A stretch of DNA of 64,000 nucleotides from Thalia democratica (Eukaryota), in the NCBI GenBank assembly GCA_965202585.1, contig OZ241826.1, positions 114,948,001-115,012,000 of the forward strand, read 5' to 3'. A program made the translations under genes and the position numbers. The notes under the pieces were generated by a model. It saw only the letters and a program-made list of their open reading frames with translations, was not told the DNA's origin and searched no databases. Shown piece after piece: positions 24,491 to 37,194 of this stretch. Positions within the stretch are counted from its first letter, which is position 1. Each line of letters starts with the position of its first letter.

Positions 24491-27440
24491 TTAATACCAA
24501 GGTAACTTTGCAAAGGAAAAGCCTTTAAAATATTTTGTTACTTCACATTGTTCTTCAGACCATTTATCCTTGTCAACATCATAACAAATTAATTTTGTTT
24601 TGCAATTTTGAAGTATTACAATTTTATTTCCAATAGACGAAGCTTTCTTCAAATAAATATGACTATTAGGTGGCTTCAGGGCAATAAACTTATTACAAAC
24701 GTTGTCAAAAACTTCACAATTGCTAATTCCATGATCAATAACAAACAGTTTATCTTTTACATCAACTAAATTGTGACCATAATGATGTCTTATCATATTA
24801 GGCAGTGATGACTATTTATCACCAAACACATCATATGATTCTACTGAGTTCAAACTAATATTATTATTATCTATTCCACCAGAAACCACAATACTTTCTT
24901 GAAAGATTGTACAAGCTGCATACGATCTAGCTACATTCATTCCAGCAATTTCTTTAAAATTGTTATGTTTTGTATTGAATTCTAAACAGGACTTAGTTGT
25001 TACTATATTGTCATAATTATCTTCTATATGGAAACCACCGAATATTAATATTTTATCCATAAATGCACAAGAACAAATGCGATGACGTTCATAAACCATA
25101 CTAGATACTACAGTCCATGTGTTAGTAGTTGGTGAATATTTTTCAACCGAATTTACAAAATTATCAGCACTATCATAACCACCAAAAATATAAACTTCTC
25201 CTTTTAAACAAACAGCTTCTAAGTATTCTCTACATTGATTCATTGGAGCAAGATCTTTTACGCAGTTCATGTTACTTCTATCAATTTGTTTTACTTTACT
25301 TACAACTTCAACCAATCTATCATCATAACCACCACAAATTAACAAATTATATTTGTTTTGGTTACAATATCTACTTGTGTAAGTAATATTTGAATTATTT
25401 ATCAAGTAGTTGTTGTTTGCTAGTACTTCTTCTAATATGTTATCATTATCATAAATTTCAGTAGTTGAAGAAATTTTATCTTTAATATATTTCAAAGCAT
25501 GTTCTGACAATAAAGGAAGTCGGACTTTTAGTAACAATTGTTTTGCATGTTTGCGACGTTGTTCAATGTTGAACTTAAACCAATTATTTGCTGCATTAAA
25601 TACTTCAACTTCTGAGTGAATACCCAATTCAGAACTTGAAAGTATTTTTGCAACAAAACTGAAGTCTAAATGCAAAAAGTTTTGAGTTTCAACTACCATC
25701 GGAAAACATCGTTCTATATAATTTAAAGACCAGTCAGAAATAGTAGCTAGGTTGTAACATTTAGCTAAACAGTAAAATACGACAACATTTTTAAATTTTA
25801 ACTTGTCTTGAAAGATTTTGCTGATCTTTATGATTTTCTTTTCTTTTTGAAAAAGCTTATTTATTTTCAAAGCTAAAACGATTTCATATTCTTTCATATT
25901 TGGTGTATCTAAAAAATTAATTATGTATAAATATCATATTTGTAAATTTGCTTAGAATAACTGACAGATTTTTAGAACTAGAAATCTACGTAATTGATAA
26001 CAATATAATGTTTTATTACAAAATGCTGTTATTTTATATATAATAAAAAGTAAAAATTTTTGTAATTATTCTTAAAAAATAAAAAAAGTATATATTACAG
26101 TACTACTTTTTTAAATTTAACATTTTAAGATATGGTAGTCTACTAGCAGTTCTCTGATAGGAGATTTGGCTTAGCGCTGTTTATAGATGTTTAGTAAAAT
26201 TTTTAACTCTAAATTCAAAAACCGGCAAGCATATAAATCTGGCCCTTTAAAACAAAATTTGAAACTAAAATTTGATATAGTTTGGTTTAAATTATTTCAG
26301 ATAACAATGCACTTTAATTAAGTAAGGTATAAAACCACAATTTTTTTTAAAAACATAGAAATATCCTACTTGTCTTTTTAACACCTTTGTAGTATTTATT
26401 AAATACAAAGTTTATCAAATTAATTGTTTTAGTTATAAATCTTATTTTATAGAACTTAATTTTGTAACAGTTTCTTTATATCCACTATATTTTGAGATAT
26501 AATAAGACGAAGTCGAAGAATTTAATGCAATTCTTAGATAAATGCAAAACGAGACTTTTTTGTTAGAAGAATATCTTTTCCTACACTTTAAACATTACTT
26601 TTATAAATATTAAGTAAATAATAAACATTACTATTGTACCAAAAAATAAAGTTGTCTTTTTTAATTTGAAAAGACATTTTTCAAGATGTGCTTTTCTATT
26701 TTTGGGTCATAATTTTTCTAGATCATTACAATAAAATTTTTTTGATATGAAAATATCTCCTGAATACTTAAGTTTGAAAAACTATGGGTAAGATTTTTAT
26801 TTTGTATTTTTTGAATTTCTGATTAGTTTTACTGTAAAAATGTTACAGTAAATTTGATTAAATTGGTAACATTTAAATAAAATGACTATATCTTAGGCAT
26901 TGTATAATTTTTTATAATTGAATTAATTATCTTTAGTTCACCTTTATAATTAACATAAAAGTCAATATTAACATTGAAAAATATCACTAACCCCTAATAT
27001 GCTCTTGGTATCTATTCATTTAAATTTTCTTAAAATAGTTTACAGTTTTCAAATTTTTCAAAACTTTTTAATAAAATCTAATATTAATACTAAGTCTTTT
27101 CTTTTAAATTTTTAATCCTTTCTAAGCATAAAAGTTATGCTTTAACTAAAAAATTAAGTCTATACATAATTTAAATTAATAGATATTAATTAAAACTAAA
27201 TATAACAAATAAATCAAACTAAAATATTTTTTAAATTTTATTACCTGTACTTTCAAAAGTGTAGTAAGCTCGTACACTTTTATCATCTAATTGTTTTGTA
27301 AAATACTTCATGCATTTGTTTTTAAAACAATCAACTACTGATTTTCTACAAGTTGCACTAACACTTGCTAATTTTTTATGGTTGTTATCAATTATTATTC
27401 TTTTGACACCAATTTGATCCATATTAGTTTCATCTGACAT
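24491..27440 (-). pseudogene. Gene C: two-exon BACK-Kelch gene with one premature stop (exon 1 27440-27245, intron 27244-25909, exon 2 25908-24491)
   Basis: Donor ACAG|GTAAT, acceptor TTTTAG|AT, phase 1. ORFs 24812-25897 and 24491-24796 are in the same frame, separated only by TAG at 24814-24812 where the paralogues have TGG (FGDKW). Would be 537 aa if intact; 430 aa as truncated. Confidence 0.85.
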
Positions 27441-30400
27441 GACTTAATAATGGTTTTTAATCTTATTATAAAGAAACCTGAATATACTAGTTTGAATATA
27501 TTTAGCTATTTCAATAGTAATTTACTTATTTTACAGTTTTAAAATAAAAAAAATCTAGTTATCTCAAAATAATATTTATTTAATATAAATTTAACTGAAT
27601 TATTGCTTTTTTTATTTAAAAAAAAAATAATGTATAAATTCAGAGTTTTTTAGCACTTGAAAAATTATTATGTAAGAACACTTTAAAAATTTTATTTATT
27701 ATAAAATCACATTAATTAAAAATATTTTGTTAGTAAACATGAATAAAACTGTGAATTTCTAGTGTGTAATTTTTTTAATAGTTTTAAAGTCTTAAATTAA
27801 ACAATAGAAATAAGAAAATATTCAACCACACTACAAAATTGATAATATTTATTTAATTGAGCTTATACTTTTGTTTTGTAATTCACAGATACCTAACACT
27901 ACAAGTAATAGACATCATTAAAAAAACTACAATATTGTTTTAATAAAGACGACTAATATGTTTAAAGGTGTTAAGGCAGGGAGTGATATAAGATTAAAAA
28001 TAAAGAATTAAAACTTATATTTATAGAATAGTACTACAGTAATAAAGATAAACTTATCAAAACAAAACAAAAATAAAATTAAGAAAAAACACTTAAAATA
28101 ATTAAAACTATATAAAATAAAGTTAGCCAACCTGTGTTTTGATAAAAAGAACAAATGAGCCTAAATCAAACTAAGTAGAGTATGTAAAAACTATTTGAAT
28201 ATTTTTTACATTAAACTTACCACTTAAATTTCACAAGAAGTAAAAAGAATCAAATAGTTTAAGTTTGTTTTTTAAACTTTATAAAGAATATTTTACATAG
28301 TTATAATAACCCTATACTTTTGTCTAAAATACTGGCCTGAGATTAAAACTAGATTGAGTTCATTTTACAAAACCTAAATAGTTCCGAGTCATGCAGAGAT
28401 TTTCTTTATTTATCTATGTTTGGTATTTTTTTTTTAGTTGTCCTGAGTGTTTGAATACTCTTTGCAAACTATTATGAATTTTTATTATAAAAAAAAATAT
28501 TTTGGGTCAGCCCGAAATATATACAAAAATCCTTAGTTATTTTGAGTGTGTGACATCCCTTATATTTTAATTTTATAAATATAAATTTAAGTTTTATAAT
28601 TTCCGGATACATAACGACATCTTTTATAGTAATAACTTTTAAAAATATTTCGTTGTTTTTACTAAGAAAACATTTAAAGCTTAATAAGTGCAAATAAAGT
28701 TAGTTTTCTTAAGTTTATCATTTCAATCTAGATTGAAATAAAATCTGATTGTATATTCATGACAAAGACTGTAACTAACATAATTTTACTTTCTATTTTT
28801 ATACTAGAGTGACAACTTATTTTTACAATAATTTTCCAGATTTTTTGAAACATAATATATTTTTATTTCTTTAAAAAAAAAATTTAAACATAAATAAAAA
28901 ATTTTTAAAATTTACTTAACTACTAAAATGATACTCTAAATGTGTGTGAGTTTAAGTTTTACTTAATATAATTTTAATTAAGAGTATTTTTTATTATTAT
29001 TAATATAATGGCCTCTTTATTGCTAAGAATAGTTAAAGTTATAGAAATAAAACATGTAAGTTTTACGGATTTTACATAATTTTGATAACCAAAGTTTTAT
29101 CTTTTTATTTATTTCCAAAATTACTAAATTTCTCATCTTTTTAAGTTGAAATTTATATACCATAGTTTTTTAGTTAAATTGCCATCTTAAATTTCTAATT
29201 CTAAAGTTAGTTATAACTTTTGCTTTGACTTTTTTTACCAATAACTAAGTACAATGGATAGATTTTATTTAAATTTTAGATATTAAAATTAAAACATATT
29301 GATTCACAGGTCAGAATCACATGATTAAATTGTTTAAGTAATTTTTTTGCCTGCTTAGTATTTTGAACTTAATAATTTTCCCTTTCTGTCTTTAAATGTT
29401 AAAATTTTATTTTATGAGTATTAGCAAAACATCATGTCACCGAGAGATTTTTTTACATAAAAAAACATATAATTTATTTTTGATTACTTTAATGTTAATT
29501 AGCAAGGTAGAGTTAATCATAAATAAATCTACTTAAAAATTTATAAGGGTGGCCACTGCTTTTTTTAAATACTCGTTTTTTCGTTTAGTTTAAAATTAAA
29601 AACTGTGTGAAGTAGTGTTCAACTAAATTAAGATACTGTAAAGCTACTTTTAATTTAGTTTTCAATAAAAGAAATAGAAATTGATATTGACAAAAAATTT
29701 TATTTTATATCTAATTTTTTAGTGTCAAATCAAAGTTTTAGTACTTAATATAAGGGTTGCCACTCTTTAAGTCAAAAAAAATTTTCCCTAAATAACAAAA
29801 AACTTCCCTGAGTTTAAATCCTTAAATTTCTTATAATATTATAAAAAATAGAATTTATTTTTTAAGAATATTAAAGAACTAGCTGCAAGACCAAAAAAAC
29901 TTTTAAATAAGCACTCAAAAAAATTAAATCTAAATTTTTTGAACATAATATTAAAGCTGAATTAACTAAATTTCTTTCTAGATCTAGAAAAAAATTTCCT
30001 GATATTTAAAAAAAAATTTTTAAATTTCCCTGAAATTTTTATAAAAATCCAAAACTGCTCTGAGTTTCCCTTTGTGAAAAAAAGAGAATCGAAATTCCCT
30101 GAGTTTCCCTGAATTCCTTAAGTGTTTGGCAACCCTGTAATATGTAAAAATAGTCTAAAACTCCAGGTTTTTAAAATCCATATTATTCATACATTATTTG
30201 AAAAATAACTCAAATTACAGGTTTTTTAGCCAAATCCAGGTTTTGTTGTTTTGTGGAAACTCTGACTCTTGTATACTTAAGAATAAGACTGATGTTTTAC
30301 AAACATTATGAATTGAAAGTACATTTGAAAATATTTATATTACTTTATAATCAAAATATACTAAAATCTTTGATCTTCAGCAACTTAACATAATTATATA

Positions 30401-31830
30401 AATATTTTTTTCTATAAAAAAAAAAGTTTTATAGTTAACCCTTTGTGACAGTGTTCTTTTACTGAGCAAAACTAGCTTAAAACAGCAAAGTGATTAAGTT
30501 TGTTATAACTAAATGAATAAAAGGTCTTTTTTGTTGTAAATACTTTTTATTATAAACAGGAATTCTACTGTTTTAGTCAAATATACTGTCCTGAATGCAA
30601 TTTATTTGATTGAGTTATCCTGAAATTTTTGAAATCCTGATAAAATGTTAAATATTTTTAAATTTCACTAAAGACTTTTCTTTAAAAAATTGGGTAGTGA
30701 ATAATAAATATTTTAATTAATTTAACTAAATCTAAATCAAAATTTAAATTGCTGTTTTAAGCAAAAAAACTGTCTAAGTGATCATTTATTTGCTTGAGTC
30801 ATCCTATATTTTTGAACTCAAAGAAAAAATAAAAAACTTTTAAAATACACCAAAAATCAACTTCTTCAATAAAATTGGGTATAAAAAAAAGATGTTTCAA
30901 TTAATACAACCAAATATCATTCAAAGTCTAAAAAAAGGCCTAGGATTTTCAAACGCTCAAAACGATTCTCAGTTTTTCAATAAAGAACATAACTATCTTG
31001 AGCCTGCCTGACTTTAAAAATCAAATTTCAATTATCCTGAGTAATACTGAGTCATCCTGATGTTTTAAAAATAGTTTGAGTAGTACTGAGTATCCTTAGT
31101 TAGTGGCAACCCTGTATAAATATTTTTTGACATTATACTAAAATTGATAATTTGTGTCACTATGTGATTATATACTAATTTTGTTTTTATAAAATTGGGT
31201 TGACTGATGTTAATAGGGTCCTTAAAAAAGCTTTGAAAAATCTCTGAAGTGAACAATATTGCAGGATTCAAACCCAGTGGTTTGCAAATATACAATAAAA
31301 AACCTGGTTTTTATCCTGTTACAGTGGTTTCTCCAACAATTTTTGAAAAAAATATTATAAAGGGTTTTAATTTTATAACAAAATAATTTTAAATATCATT
31401 TTATCTGGTTAAAAATGACATGCTCTGTTAATTTGTAGTATTTTTTTTTATTTATGATTACACAAATTCATATTGATATAAAACTTGAAAGTTTAAAAAA
31501 CAAATATAAAAAAGTTATATTGTTAAAATAACTATCTTTGTTTAAAATTCTAACTATATAAGCTTTTGAAAAGTACAGAACTATATTAACTAATACAAGA
31601 AAATGGCAAACTTGCAGTAACAACTTTGTACTCATTAATATTATTTAAAATAACTAATACACTTTTTTTTAATCTAATAAACAATATGTAAATTTTACTT
31701 TGTTTAATACTTTTTGATTTTCCAATACTACTATGGTATGAGATGTGGCTATTGAACTAAAGTGGCTTTTTTTAAGCAATGAGTGTTGAAAGCAATAAAT
31801 TCAAGTCAATTAACAACATTTTATTTAATT
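25930..31830. repeat. Left arm of a large inverted repeat (gene C intron, exon 1 and upstream)
   Basis: Reverse complement of ~37195-42780. Examples: 30781-30900 vs 38041-38160 essentially identical; the 73-aa ORFs at 28472-28693 and 40251-40472 mirror each other. Confidence 0.92.
29752..30137. mobile_element. 386-bp MITE with (C/A)AGGGTTGCCA TIRs and a 6-bp TSD (TAATAT), nested in an older MITE
   Basis: TIRs AAGGGTTGCCA / TGGCAACCCTG flanked by TAATAT on both sides. The paralogous empty site is at ~5301-5320 (AGTACTTAACATGTAAAA). Confidence 0.85.
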
Positions 31831-32114
31831 GAAAGTTTTTAACTATAACTATAGAAAAATAATCTCTAATTTTATATTAAAAAAATACAATTTACGCTAA
31901 AACTGAACAAAATTTCAATTATAAATTACAACAGTATGTTCGACAAATAATACACAATTGTTTTCAAAATGTTTTAATACTGGGGAATCTACACACAAAA
32001 AATTATGGTTTTCAATTAAACATCTAGATTCTTTTGAGCATTTATTTTCTGTCCGCATCGTAAAAAATTACTGGAAATCTGTTATTTTGAAATGGGTCCG
32101 ATTGTAATGCTGAT

Positions 32115-32320
32115 GTGTTTCACGGAATATTTGCTGAGTCAGCAAACTTTTCTAATTTTCTTATTTTTTTATCACATATATATTTGCCACCATACCTAAA
32201 TATATCATAAATTAATCAAAGATTAAACTTTATAATATTAATTACAAAGAATGAGAAAATATTGATATTTATGATAAACAATTTTTATTTTGCTGACTCA
32301 GCAAATACTATGTGAAACAC
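32115..32320. mobile_element. ~206-bp inverted-repeat (MITE-like) element whose ends contain perfect TGCTGA(G/C)TCAGCA motifs
   Basis: ~30-bp inverted ends GTGTTTCAC...ATTTGCTGAGTCAGCAAA / TTTGCTGACTCAGCAAAT...GTGAAACAC with an AT-rich interior. No clear TSD. Confidence 0.65.
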
Positions 32321-32940
32321 TTCCACGTTTTAATAAAACTCTTTTGAAACATTACTTTTCTGTATTCAATCGAAAAAGCTGAATTTAAATATAAAAAGGT
32401 GGGTTGTGGTTTAAGAGCGATCAATTTTTTTGTAAAACTGACGAAAAATTCAAAACCGTTTGTTTTAACACCAGTATCAAATAATTTATCTATCACAACA
32501 ATTAAATTGTGGTTACTATAACATTTTATCATATCAGGGATTTTTAAAAATTTATTAGTAAATTTATCTGTACAATTCTACCATTTTTAGTTGGTCTTTA
32601 TTATTATTTCCACCACTTTAACCAACAAAATTTCTTTGAAAAACTACACAAGCTCAATTAATTGTTGCTACATTCATTCAATCTTTTTATTTAAAGTTGT
32701 TAGATTTTATTTTGAACTCTAAACAGGAATTAGTTGTTGAATTGACATCATTATGATAAAAACCTTCAAAAACAAATATTTTATACCTAAACGTACAATC
32801 GCAAAAATTTAAACGATTATTAATCTGCTATAATATTCCAAATGTTAGTAGAATATGAATATTTTTTAACAGTTTTTGTCAACTTTTTAAATAACTTTAT
32901 GAAACATTTTAAACGTAAGTATTAAATATTATATTTCTAA
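32321..32940 (-). pseudogene. Highly decayed kelch-repeat fossil (approximately blades 2-5)
   Basis: Minus-strand translation across stops and frameshifts gives TVKKYSYSTNIW, RLNFCDCTF.YKIFVFEG, TTNSCLEF, ACVVFQ.N and MIKCYSNHNLIVV.DKLF. These are collinear with SVEKYS.STNKW, FCACAFMDK, TTNSCL.F, ACAVFQGN and HNLV.VKDKLF in the intact genes. Confidence 0.75.
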
Positions 32941-33989
32941 ACTCACCTTGGACTGGTATTTATTTGATGAAATATTTTTCAATCGAAAAGAGAATCATTA
33001 TGTTTTATTATAGTCCTGTACATGACGCTAAATTGTTCTGGGGCAGGCATGGTAAAATTTAAAAACCACTAATTACAGCTGTTTTTATCGCTATAGTAAC
33101 TAGAAAGCTAAAGTAACAAAATATAGCTAATTTTTTTCTCTTATACTTTACATTGGATAAAATTTCATAAGATAATTTTTATTACTTTTGTTAATATAAA
33201 CTTGCTATAGTGTTAAATTACTTAAGTTTCAATTTACAATGTACTAAAACAATTTTAACACCTTGATTGTAAAAGTAAAACAGTTTATAATAAAATTTTT
33301 ACATACAACCTTATTTTTATTTTTTTCAAAAACAAAAAACAAAGTTCTTTTTAAATTATTTTTAACTGAAAGTTAAAAAATAAACAGAATAAAAAAACTT
33401 TTAAGCATAAAATAATTTTAATTTGTAACTTAATCTTTCGTTCAATATTATTATTAATTAACCTTTTTTGTGTATAATTTTTTTATAAAGTTAAATACAT
33501 AAGTTCTTCAATGTACATTAGACTTAAATGTTTTAATATCTTTATTAATCAATAAAAGTTAGAAACAACATTTTTTGAGAAATACTAAATGTTAAATTTA
33601 CAGTATATAGAAATAAGTTTTGTTATGTGAATGCTTTGTCCACAGATGAGAGTTGTAAATTATAGGCTAAATTGTTCTAAAGAAATAACTATATAGTTTT
33701 AATTTGAGGCTACAAAATAAATCAAAGGTTAAAATAATGAAACTAGAAAGGTTTTAGTAAAAATTAATTTTGATATCATCAGTATGAGAAAACCTATCAT
33801 AAGAATATAAACTAACTATATTTTTAAGTTTGTTTATATTTGAGATTAAAAAATCCTACTGTCGGGGTTTTTGATAGTGATATATTTAATTTGCGACGCT
33901 TGTTACCATGTCTGTTCTGGAGTATGACTCGATAACCAAAAGATTTTTTCGTGCACTAGGTCCTTGGACCAAACTTTTTGAGCGTATTT

Positions 33990-34105
33990 TGTCGTTTAAT
34001 AAACAATATAAAATATTTCTGGTAGTTTCTCATAGTTTTGATAAAGATAAATGGACAAAGTATCATTTGAAGATAAATAGAAATTTTGTGATTTTTCTTG
34101 TGTAA
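33990..34105 (+). pseudogene. Possible fossil of a kelch C-terminus
   Basis: VVSHSFDKDKWTKYHLKINRNF weakly resembles ICYDVDKDKWSEEQCEVTKYF. The match is short and could be chance. Confidence 0.3.
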
Positions 34106-34319
34106 AGAGATTTCCAAGTGTTATACATTTTTTTTATTTGATTTGGTGTTGTTATTTTCGGTTGAAAAAATATTTTAATTTTTTAGTAGAAAAATAATTT
34201 ACTTACTATTAATATTTTTATTCTATATATAAATAATGAACACTTAAAAAACATCAACATTATAAAAAGTAATATATTTCATGTTATTTCATATTCATTG
34301 CTTTGAATAAGTGAAAAAA

Positions 34320-36300
34320 ATAACAAGCCATTTTAGTTTAATAACCACAGCTAATAAAATAATAGCAGTGGAATAACACAAATGCAAATCAAAATGTATT
34401 TTAAGAATTTTTAGGTATGTATTTGCACCAGAAAACTTTAAAATAAATCATTATACAAAATTAGTTAGGTTTCTGCATATATGATTTTAATAAGTTCCAA
34501 GAAACACTTTTTTGTAAAACATCAAATAAACAGATAGTTTTTAAAACAAGGTTTAGAGAATTAAGACTTTGCTCTCATTAATCTGTTTTTTTCTGTTAAA
34601 AAAAAAGTTTGAGTTATCTTAAATTACATGAACAAATATGATGATTTTACAAAAAATTTTCCTGCATTTAAAACTATTTCGAAAAGTTTTGTAACTATTT
34701 AATAATTCTTAAAAATAAAAATTTATCTAAAAATTATATATTCAAAATTATAAAATTTTTTATTTATATTAGTTTTGGAAAATTAGAAGTAATAAAAATC
34801 TTAAATTTATATAATCAGCAAACAAGGTGCATAAAAACTAGTAAAAAAAATTATTTTTCTCAAATAAGAAATATTATATTCAATTTTTTTTTTAATGAAT
34901 TACTTTTTAAAGTTTACTATTTTTTTAACTTGAAAAGGTAGCAATTTTTTGTCACCAAAACTTTTCACTTGCTTGTAATTAATATATTTGACTTGCACAT
35001 CTCTATTTTAATAAGCATTTTACATTTTTCAAATTAAGCAATCTTTTTTGGTTAAAACACATAACTATAAACCTTTAAAAGAAAAAAACCTTTTTACTCT
35101 TTATTCCTATCAATTATAGCAGAAACTACTGTAGTATATAATAATATAATTAACTTATTTTGTATATAAGTCAACCACTGCGTTTTAATCCTGGAATATT
35201 GTTTAATAATAATAACTTCAAGATTTTTTAAAGCCCGATTTAGGACCCCTTCAAGATCAGGCTACATTAGTTTGATTAAAATTAAAAGGTAAAAAATAGT
35301 ATAAAAATTGTTAGTGGCACAAATTTACCATTAACAGGGTTGCCATTTAATTGGAAAAACCTAAAACTTGGAATATTTTTGAAAACACAACCTACAAAAA
35401 CCTGGAATTTTTAACGAAAAAAAAAAAGAAATCCGGGAATTTTTAACTCTTTCAACATGTTTAGCAGTAAAGTTTCGAGTTGACACTAAATACTTTTTGT
35501 GTAGATTTAATTTATTGTCATCATTAAGATACTTTATTAAAAAACACATTTAAAGTAGCTTTACAGTGCCTTTTTAATGTTTTTAGAGTATTTTACACAG
35601 CTTCTTACCTTCAACTCAACTTTGAACTTAAAATAGATTTAAAAAAAGGACCTCTAGAAATTTTGGAAATCTGGAAAAAATTGCCAAAAATATTGGCAAC
35701 CCTGCATTAAGCATTAATGTAAAAAATATTTTTATAGAATTGCCACACACTCGATTATTTAGGATACTCAGGATAATTTAAATTATTTTTGAAAATCATA
35801 AGATGACTTAAAATAGTTTTGGCAATAAAAAATACTGCCATCGGGAATATGTTAGCAATTAAATTAAATATTTTAAAGATAATTTAGCAAATTTTCACTA
35901 TAACATAGTATAATGTTTATTTTTATGTTAAGAAAACATCAGCTTCACTATTGATCTAAAAGGGTACTAGATTTGTAAACCCTTGAAGAAACATATAAAA
36001 TACAGTGGCCACCCTATGATTTTTTTCAGGAGGTTAAAATTTAATCAAGTTCACTATTTCTTCATCTTTATAAGTTAATATTATTGTGATAAAAAAAAAC
36101 CTTTTGTTTATCTAATTAAAACATTTTTTTTGGGTTTGTTTTGTTTGGCAAATACTCATAGGATAAAATCTCATTATTAAAAACACAAAGAAAAATTCTA
36201 AGCATGCAACAAAACTACATTCAACAATCCAACTTGGTGATCACAAGTTATACAAAATTTATTTTAATAAGATACAAACAATACTTCTTCCAAAATCTAA
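34320..36300. repeat. Orphan, truncated B-like upstream module in the spacer of the inverted repeat
   Basis: Anchors at 34325, 35170, 35740, 36005 and 36145 are collinear with the upstream module and share B-specific variants. No exon 1 follows. Confidence 0.65.
35335..35704. mobile_element. 370-bp MITE with CAGGGTTGCCA TIRs and a perfect 6-bp TSD CATTAA (internal sequence differs from the 386-bp family)
   Basis: CATTAA|CAGGGTTGCCA...TGGCAACCCTG|CATTAA. The paralogous empty site is at ~11765-11780 (ATTACCATTAAGTG). Confidence 0.88.
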
Positions 36301-36536
36301 TCCGAAACTAACCCACAATGTTTTTATTAGTGTTAGAAAACAAAGTTATTAAAAGAAAAACCAAAAGGCCAAGAAAACCAAAATAATCTAAATTCGGAAA
36401 ATTAAGCAAAATAATTTGTTCTGAAATTTAATATATAACAAAGTTGTATTACAAGGAAAACTTGAATTTATAATAAATTAACTTAGTATATATTTTGATT
36501 TTTAGAAAACAAATAAAGAGACTTCAATTACTAGAG

Positions 36537-36600
36537 CAGTGGTTCCCAACCTTTTTGATGCCCCGCACCCCTAAAATCTCTTAATTTGATCTTGCACCCC
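36537..36600 (+). mobile_element. 5' end of a hAT (Charlie-like) element, truncated
   Basis: CAGTGGTTCCCAACCTTTTT is a typical hAT-Charlie terminus, preceded by TACTAGAG (resembling the NTCTAGAN target). No matching 3' end was found. Confidence 0.55.
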
Positions 36601-37194
36601 TAACACTATATACTTAATACTCTAGTAACTAGAGGATAAATAAATAAACGAATTGACTAATTTATTAAATTCTTATAAGATATATTAAACTAGACTCAGT
36701 TTCGGAGTTTATTTAAATTATTGTATTCGCAAAATTAAAACATATAATAAACTTAAAACTCATTTTTAAGGTTTAAAAAGGCAATGCTACAATTTTATAT
36801 AATTTTTATTGGTATCTAAATCCAGATATCTTGAAAAATTGCCTGGAAATTTATAATTGTTAACAAGACAAATGTTTAATAACTCACTAAAGCCTGTTAC
36901 GTATAAATCAAAATTAGTATAATTTTAAATTTTTTTAAATGCTAAAATATCTCAGTATGATGAACATAAATCAGAATATTTTTACTTTATTAAGATAACT
37001 TTTTTTTAACTAAGGATATATCTAATGTTATGAAAATTTTTTAAAACATATTTTTTTAGATTTAGAATAAGATTTAGTTTTTACGGTTCAGAAAGTTTTT
37101 GTTTTAAAGGTTGCCAAAAATATTGAACCCTGGGTGAACTTGAAATTTTACAGTTTAAACCTGGAATAGCCGGGTTGGTGTTAAGTAGGAAGAG

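Noticed and set aside
25129-25386. Antisense or alternate-frame ORFs within kelch exons (also 15606-15794, 43084-43311, 43621-43851, 61400-61597)
   Set aside because: By-products of the real coding frame; short and not conserved across paralogues.
28472-28693. 73-aa ORF conserved at 40251-40472
   Set aside because: Conservation reflects the inverted duplication. It has a TTG/alternative start and is not open in the A or E copies.
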